Position numbers and translations under genes: made by a program
Notes under the pieces: generated by a model
The model's database searches: none
What the model was told of the DNA's origin: nothing
The model's input: only the letters and a program-made list of their open reading frames with translations
Assembly (NCBI RefSeq): GCF_000306885.1
Contig: NC_018267.1
Coordinates: 600,001-632,000 of the forward strand
Source: Wolbachia endosymbiont of Onchocerca ochengi
GTDB taxonomy: Bacteria; Pseudomonadota; Alphaproteobacteria; Rickettsiales; Anaplasmataceae
Direction of reading: 5' to 3'
Length of the DNA: 32,000 nt
Part shown: piece after piece, positions 31,153-32,000 of the stretch
Numbering within the stretch: position 1 is the stretch's first letter
Layout of the letters: the number at the start of each line of letters is the position of its first letter

Positions 31153-31180
31153 ATTATATGTTGTGGCTAAAGCTCGTCAA
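31153..31180 (-). promoter_or_regulatory. Near-consensus sigma70-type promoter upstream of clpB
   Basis: On the minus strand: TTGACG (31180-31175), 16-nt spacer, TATAAT (31158-31153). This is 11 of 12 consensus positions. It lies 8 nt after the lipA stop and about 170 nt upstream of the clpB ATG. Confidence 0.4.
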
Positions 31181-31187
31181 GTATTTT

Positions 31188-32000
31188 CTATGTTGGAAAA
31201 TAATAAGCTTTGAGCTTACTAAAACTTTCTTCAGCATGATATGATGACCTGGTTAATGGACTTGATGCAACCATTAGAAATCCTTTAGAATAAGCAATAT
31301 ATTTATAATGCTCAAATTCTTCTGGGGTAATATATCTATCAACTTTTGCATGTTTTGGAGTTGGCTGCAGGTATTGACCTATTGTTATAAAATCAACTTC
31401 AGCATTTCGTAAATCATCCATGACCTGAAGTACCTCTTCTTTTGTTTCTCCAAGACCAACCATGAGCCCTGATTTTGTGAAAAGTTTAGGATTAGTCTGC
31501 TTTACCATTTTCAACAAATACAATGAATGAAAATAACGTGCCCTTGGCCTTATCTTTGCATATAACCTTGGCACTGTTTCAATATTGTGGTTATAGACAT
31601 CAGGTGATGCAACAGCAATTGCTTCAAATGCACCTTTTTTATTTAAAAAATCGGGAGTTAAAATTTCTATTGTTGTTTCTGGAGTAATCTTTCTAATTTC
31701 TTCTATACACTTTACGAATTGACTTACGCCACCATCTAATAAATCATCACGGTCAACGGAGGTAATGACAACATATTTCAAGTTTAATTTTTTTATTGCC
31801 CTTGCTAAATTTTCTGGTTCGTGAGGGTCTAATTTATCAGGGGTACCAGTTGCAACGTTACAAAACGCACAAGCACGAGTGCAAACAGAACCAAGAATCA
31901 TCATAGCAGCGTGATGTTTGTTCCAGCATTCACCAATGTTTGGGCAAGCGGCTTTCTCGCACACTGTATGTAAGTTATACTGTTTAACAGTGTTTAAGGT
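31188..32000 (-). CDS. lipA: Lipoyl synthase; the 5' end lies beyond the window
   Basis: It carries the radical-SAM cluster CTRACAFC and the N-terminal cluster [12 protein letters not shown], plus ITSVDRDDL and MVGLGET. The frame stays open to position 32000 ([21 protein letters not shown]), so the GTG start at 31964 in the track is an artefact of the window edge. Confidence 0.95.
   Translation of the reverse strand, partial: TLNTVKQYNLHTVCEKAACPNIGECWNKHHAAMMILGSVCTRACAFCNVATGTPDKLDPHEPENLARAIKKLNLKYVVITSVDRDDLLDGGVSQFVKCIEEIRKITPETTIEILTPDFLNKKGAFEAIAVASPDVYNHNIETVPRLYAKIRPRARYFHSLYLLKMVKQTNPKLFTKSGLMVGLGETKEEVLQVMDDLRNAEVDFITIGQYLQPTPKHAKVDRYITPEEFEHYKYIAYSKGFLMVASSPLTRSSYHAEESFSKLKAYYFPT

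Overview
AT-rich window (about one-third GC by eye) from a reduced alphaproteobacterial genome of the order Rickettsiales. Gene content and order fit Anaplasmataceae: bolA-grxD, petB-petC, a 1582-aa NAD-glutamate dehydrogenase, pleD, fused folK-folP and malonyl-CoA decarboxylase. A decayed copy of a GTCATCCCAG / GTCATCCAGGTG-type interspersed motif makes me lean toward Wolbachia. The family call is reasonably solid; the genus is a guess from memory. I can support 25 ORFs, or 24 genes if the split pleD counts once. Almost all are housekeeping: lepA (5' fragment), malonyl-CoA decarboxylase, an M23 peptidase, yebC, bamD, pgsA, malic enzyme, bolA, grxD, petB, petC, uvrB, a five-gene folate cluster, ligA, surE, pleD, a tatB-like gene, NAD-GDH, clpB and lipA (truncated by the window end). 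I found no rRNA, tRNA, CRISPR array, intact mobile element, toxin-antitoxin or recognisable defence locus. I do not see a convincing novel multi-gene system. Five things deserve a second look. (1) pleD is split by a 1-nt frameshift in an AG/A-rich tract, and its phospho-acceptor Asp53 reads Asn. (2) The folate operon folB-folKP-folA ends in a CofE-like ligase where FolC would be expected, and is translationally coupled. (3) An unrecognisable small ORF sits directly upstream of folB. (4) Three long gene-less gaps (2.4, 1.1 and 1.0 kb) hold frames with too few stop codons, which look like decayed genes; the clearest is at 3456-3971, broken by two in-frame TGAs. (5) A near-consensus sigma70-type promoter lies about 170 nt upstream of clpB. 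All homology calls come from motif recognition by eye. No database search was run.
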